A stretch of DNA of 64,000 bases from an uncultured Cytophagia bacterium. GTDB lineage: Bacteria > Zhuqueibacterota > Zhuqueibacteria > Residuimicrobiales > Krinioviventaceae. Below are positions 61,004 through 64,000 of the stretch, in pieces. The notes beneath the pieces are model-generated. The model did no database searches. It saw only the letters and a program-made list of their open reading frames with translations, and was not told the DNA's origin. Location of the stretch: positions 81,677 through 145,676 of the forward strand of contig CAZSMC010000001.1 in NCBI GenBank assembly GCA_964607755.1, given 5' to 3'. Each line of letters opens with the position of its first letter. Positions within the stretch are counted from its first letter, which is position 1. The position numbers and the translations under genes are program-made.

Positions 61004-62719
61004 ATGACTACACTCTTGTTGATTGGCGGGCTTGTTTTGTACATCTTGTTATATTTCATTTATGGCAAAAAGCTCGAAAAAATCGTGCACTGCTCAGATG
61101 AAAATGAAGCACCGTCCAGAGCATTTTATGATGGTGTTGATTATATTCCGGCACAAAAGCCCGTTCTGTTCGGCCATCACTTTGCCTCCATTGCCGGAGC
61201 CGCCCCGATCATCGGACCTGTGCTGGCTATGGCATGGGGCTGGGCGCCGGCCATTCTTTGGGTTTGGCTGGGCAATGTTTTCATGGGCGGAGTACACGAT
61301 TATCTTGCGATCATGGCTTCTGTCCGATACCAGGGCAAGTCCATTCAATTCGTTGCTACTGACATTATTTCACCGCGCACAGGTTATACATTTTACTGGT
61401 TAGTCTTCTTCCTTCTCATTTTGGTGATCGGCGCGTTTGGTGCCGTCATCACCGGTATGTTTATCCACGATCCTTCAGTGGCATCCTCATATCTTTTTAT
61501 TATAGTCTCGGCGCTGCTCCTGGGCATAATGATGTACAGATTAAAATGGAATTTTTATGTGTCCACATTGATTGGCATTATTCTGCTTGCGCTTTCACTA
61601 TATGGCGGCATTATCATGCCTATCACATTGAACTGGAATAGTTGGATTGTTATTCTATTTTTTTATATCATCATCGCCGCTTCAATTCCTGTCAATATTT
61701 TATTACAACCGCGAGATTATTTGAATTCCTGGCTGCTCTATGCCGGACTTTTCATTGGCGGTATCGCTGCCATTTTTAGCTTTCACGAGCTAACCGCTCC
61801 GGCGTTCACGGCTTTTGCTCCGGTTATTTCACACGGCCAACCCACACCTTTTTGGCCGGCTATAGTGCTGATAATCGCTTGTGGTTCGCTCTCCGGTTTT
61901 CATTCCCTTGTCGGATCCGGTACGACTTCCAAACAAATTGAAAAGGAAACTGACGTACTGCCAATAGGTTACGGGGGCATGCTGGCGGAGGGACTTTTAT
62001 CCACAATTGTTATCATTGCCATTGCCGGATTTGGATACGGATTGTTAAACCAGGCAGAACCAGGATTTACCATCACGGCCTGGGCGCAGCACTACACAGC
62101 AGCAATGATGGAACACTATCCAAAGGCAGCCATGTTCACCCATTCTTATGCGCAAATGGTTGATTCAACTTTTTTAAGATTTATCCCGCAAAAAATTATT
62201 ACTGTGCTTGCCGGAATGTGGGTAGCGTCTTTTGCTCTCACAACTCTGGACACCAGCAACAGGCTGGCGCGCTACACAATCAGTGAAATGCTCAAACCGA
62301 TGAAAAACAGTATGGAAGGACTTTACAATGTGCTCACTCATAAATGGGTTGCTTCTGTCATCCCGGCTGCTATCGGCATGTGGCTTGCCTGGAGCAAAAA
62401 CTTTACCGTGCTGTGGCCATCATTCAGCACCGCGAATCAACTGATCGCATCAATCGCCTTGCTCACCGGAACGATGTGGCTTCGAAAAAAAATCAAAGCT
62501 GAAAAAGTAAATATCGCGCTCATTCCCGCCCTGCTTTTGTGGGTGACAGTGACAGGTGCAATAATCTGGTTCGGCGTTTTTGTCATGCCATCTACCATTG
62601 CTGACGATCCGGTTACCGGAATTATCGTTTTAGCTATCGAGATTGTCATGTTTATATTGAACATTGTGTTTATCACTGATTTTATCAAAAATTACAAAAT
62701 CCGTAAATATGAAAGCTAA
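61004..62719 (+). CDS. cstA: carbon starvation protein A family peptide/pyruvate transporter
   Basis: HFASIAGAAPIIGPVLAMAWGWAPAILWVWLGNVFMGGVHD CstA signature; 571 aa polytopic. Confidence 0.8.
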   Translation: MTTLLLIGGLVLYILLYFIYGKKLEKIVHCSDENEAPSRAFYDGVDYIPAQKPVLFGHHFASIAGAAPIIGPVLAMAWGWAPAILWVWLGNVFMGGVHDYLAIMASVRYQGKSIQFVATDIISPRTGYTFYWLVFFLLILVIGAFGAVITGMFIHDPSVASSYLFIIVSALLLGIMMYRLKWNFYVSTLIGIILLALSLYGGIIMPITLNWNSWIVILFFYIIIAASIPVNILLQPRDYLNSWLLYAGLFIGGIAAIFSFHELTAPAFTAFAPVISHGQPTPFWPAIVLIIACGSLSGFHSLVGSGTTSKQIEKETDVLPIGYGGMLAEGLLSTIVIIAIAGFGYGLLNQAEPGFTITAWAQHYTAAMMEHYPKAAMFTHSYAQMVDSTFLRFIPQKIITVLAGMWVASFALTTLDTSNRLARYTISEMLKPMKNSMEGLYNVLTHKWVASVIPAAIGMWLAWSKNFTVLWPSFSTANQLIASIALLTGTMWLRKKIKAEKVNIALIPALLLWVTVTGAIIWFGVFVMPSTIADDPVTGIIVLAIEIVMFILNIVFITDFIKNYKIRKYES

Positions 62720-62990
62720 CCTTTTCACGTTTCTCAAAAATATTGTCAAAGGTTTTGACCAGCATAACAGAAATCAAGCTACGGATGTGTTAGAATATCA
62801 ACTCGAGGAAATGGAATATGTTTTTGCCATGCTGGTCTATTCTTCATTTCTCGGCATTCCCGGAATTCCTGAATTTGTCGCCTTTGAATTATTGCCGTTT
62901 ATGGAAACTGAACTTGTTAAATTTGAACAGAAAAGCGAAAATTCCGACGATATGTTGGCAGACTTGTTTTCAAAATTGAGCTTTGAGTAA
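62709..62990 (+). CDS. small acidic hypothetical protein translationally coupled to the ArsA/GET3-like ATPase
   Basis: About 93 aa from ATG 62709; the stop TAA shares 1 nt with the downstream ATG (taATG). Confidence 0.3.
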   Translation: MKANLFTFLKNIVKGFDQHNRNQATDVLEYQLEEMEYVFAMLVYSSFLGIPGIPEFVAFELLPFMETELVKFEQKSENSDDMLADLFSKLSFE

Positions 62991-63898
62991 TGAACGCGTG
63001 TTTTTTTACTGGAAAAGGAGGCGCCGGGAAAACAACCATTGCATCCGCATTTAGCTGGCAACTTTCACAGCATAATTTTAAAACCCTGCTTATTTCTCTT
63101 GATCCTGCTCATAATCTAAAAGATATTTTTGATATCAAGGGCAAAAAGACCTGCCAGAACATAAACTCCTATCTGTCTATTCAGGAACCGGATTTTGAGC
63201 GCATCAAATTGGAATACTTTAATCAGCGTTTGATGATGCTCAAAGGTATGACACAACACTTGTCCGCTTTTAATCTGGAAAAATATCTCAATACACTAAA
63301 GTACTCTCCGGGACATGAAGATTACGCAGCTATTTTGTTTATGACCCGCCTATTAAAAAATGAAAAAGACAAATACGATTATATTGTCTTTGACACACCG
63401 CCGACCGGAATGACGTTGAGGATTTTTTCGCTTCCGGTGGTCTCGGTGTTGTGGATCGAAAAATTGATAAACTTGAGAGAAAAGATAATCGAACGACGCA
63501 ACACGATAAACAGCATCAGAGCCGGAAAAAAAGAGGGCATACAAAACAAGGACTCGATTCTTGAAAAGTTAAAACAGCTTTGCTCGGATTACTCTGACCT
63601 GGAAAATTTTTACAAGTATGATGCGCGGGTTTACGTGGTCGCTAACCAGGACAGACTTGCTTTGAATGAATCGGCACGGCTAATAAAGGAATTGACCAAT
63701 CTTGACATCGAGATCGCTGGCATCATCCATAATAAATATAAGGAACGTATGGAACCAGAAATGGACCAATTGCTGGGCTGCCCGGGCAAGCCGGTTATCA
63801 ACGTCCATGAACAAGTCATAAAAGAAAAGGGCTATGAAATTTCTGTGAACCTGCTCAAAGCGCTGGGAATCCACAATGACGAATACTCTCCTGTTTAA
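62990..63898 (+). CDS. ArsA/GET3-family anion-transporting-type ATPase (single domain)
   Basis: Deviant Walker A FTGKGGAGKTT and DPAHNL signature of the ArsA/Get3 family; 302 aa. Confidence 0.65.
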   Translation: MNACFFTGKGGAGKTTIASAFSWQLSQHNFKTLLISLDPAHNLKDIFDIKGKKTCQNINSYLSIQEPDFERIKLEYFNQRLMMLKGMTQHLSAFNLEKYLNTLKYSPGHEDYAAILFMTRLLKNEKDKYDYIVFDTPPTGMTLRIFSLPVVSVLWIEKLINLREKIIERRNTINSIRAGKKEGIQNKDSILEKLKQLCSDYSDLENFYKYDARVYVVANQDRLALNESARLIKELTNLDIEIAGIIHNKYKERMEPEMDQLLGCPGKPVINVHEQVIKEKGYEISVNLLKALGIHNDEYSPV

Positions 63899-64000
63899 CA
63901 TTTTCATATTTATAACCCTCTTGCTCATTGGCGGATATTTTTATGGCAAAAGAAAAAATCAACTTGTAGCCGCTCGCGCCCTGAAAAAACTGTCTAATCT
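63876..64000 (+). CDS. partial ORF (5' end only) of a hypothetical membrane protein, running off the window
   Basis: ATG 63876; MTNTLLFNIFIFITLLLIGGYFYGK... hydrophobic N-terminus; truncated by the window edge. Confidence 0.25.
   Translation, partial: MTNTLLFNIFIFITLLLIGGYFYGKRKNQLVAARALKKLSN

Noticed and set aside
1-64000. Search for tRNA, rRNA, CRISPR arrays, transposases and integrases
   Set aside because: No intergenic segment shows tRNA-like T-arm (GTTCRANYC) or acceptor features, no rRNA-like stretches, and no regularly spaced direct repeats. No ORF has DDE/HUH transposase or tyrosine/serine recombinase motifs, so none are reported.

Overview
The window is 64 kb of a moderately AT-rich, gene-dense Gram-negative bacterial chromosome. 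I found no rRNA, tRNA, CRISPR array, transposase or integrase. The gene content suggests an uncultured FCB-group-like lineage such as Calditrichota or Ignavibacteriota. That guess is inference only, and rests on a complete Na+-NQR operon, an S46 dipeptidyl-peptidase, lamin-tail-domain proteins with FlgD-Ig/T9SS-like C-termini, and lipoproteins ending in a PA14 domain or opening with a TolB-like beta-propeller.

Housekeeping genes include dtd, a UbiA-family prenyltransferase, a SAM-methyltransferase, a lipid kinase, yihY, a Tat-exported Gfo/Idh/MocA oxidoreductase, mpl, maf, and nqrABCDEF-apbE with an NqrM-like gene. Further along are a KH-domain protein, an M28 peptidase, rlmD, a stand-alone EF-G, ktrA, hsp20-lon, a UDPGP-family pyrophosphorylase and cstA.

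The most interesting parts are these. (1) A co-oriented block of a YdbH/AsmA-like protein, a DUF1318 (YdbL-like) lipoprotein, and a 2786-aa giant protein. The giant protein combines an N-terminal TolB-like beta-propeller, very long TPR arrays and two CHAT-like (caspase-family) domains. (2) A translationally coupled ParB/Srx-like protein and a spore-photoproduct-lyase-family radical SAM enzyme. (3) A KaiC-like RecA-superfamily ATPase sitting where the 5' half of ktrB should be, so that only the C-terminal half of ktrB remains in front of ktrA. (4) A decaying accessory patch at about 12.9-16.3 kb with an intact VapBC-like pair, an internal SNF2-helicase fragment, a cytidine-deaminase gene disrupted in a C5 homopolymer, and the last 79 codons of a PiT phosphate transporter. 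A second degraded PIN toxin-antitoxin locus lies at 2.85-3.15 kb. (5) An extra Cys-rich ORF inside the nqr operon between nqrF and apbE. (6) Several perfect long inverted repeats in intergenic regions, notably 16 bp upstream of the EF-G gene and nested repeats at 9.7-9.9 kb. (7) A small protein translationally coupled to an ArsA/GET3-family ATPase at the 3' end.

All functional calls come from motif-level reading of the translated ORFs without database searches. Several gene starts were re-assigned from the ORF track, which uses TTG/GTG starts and often over-extends.
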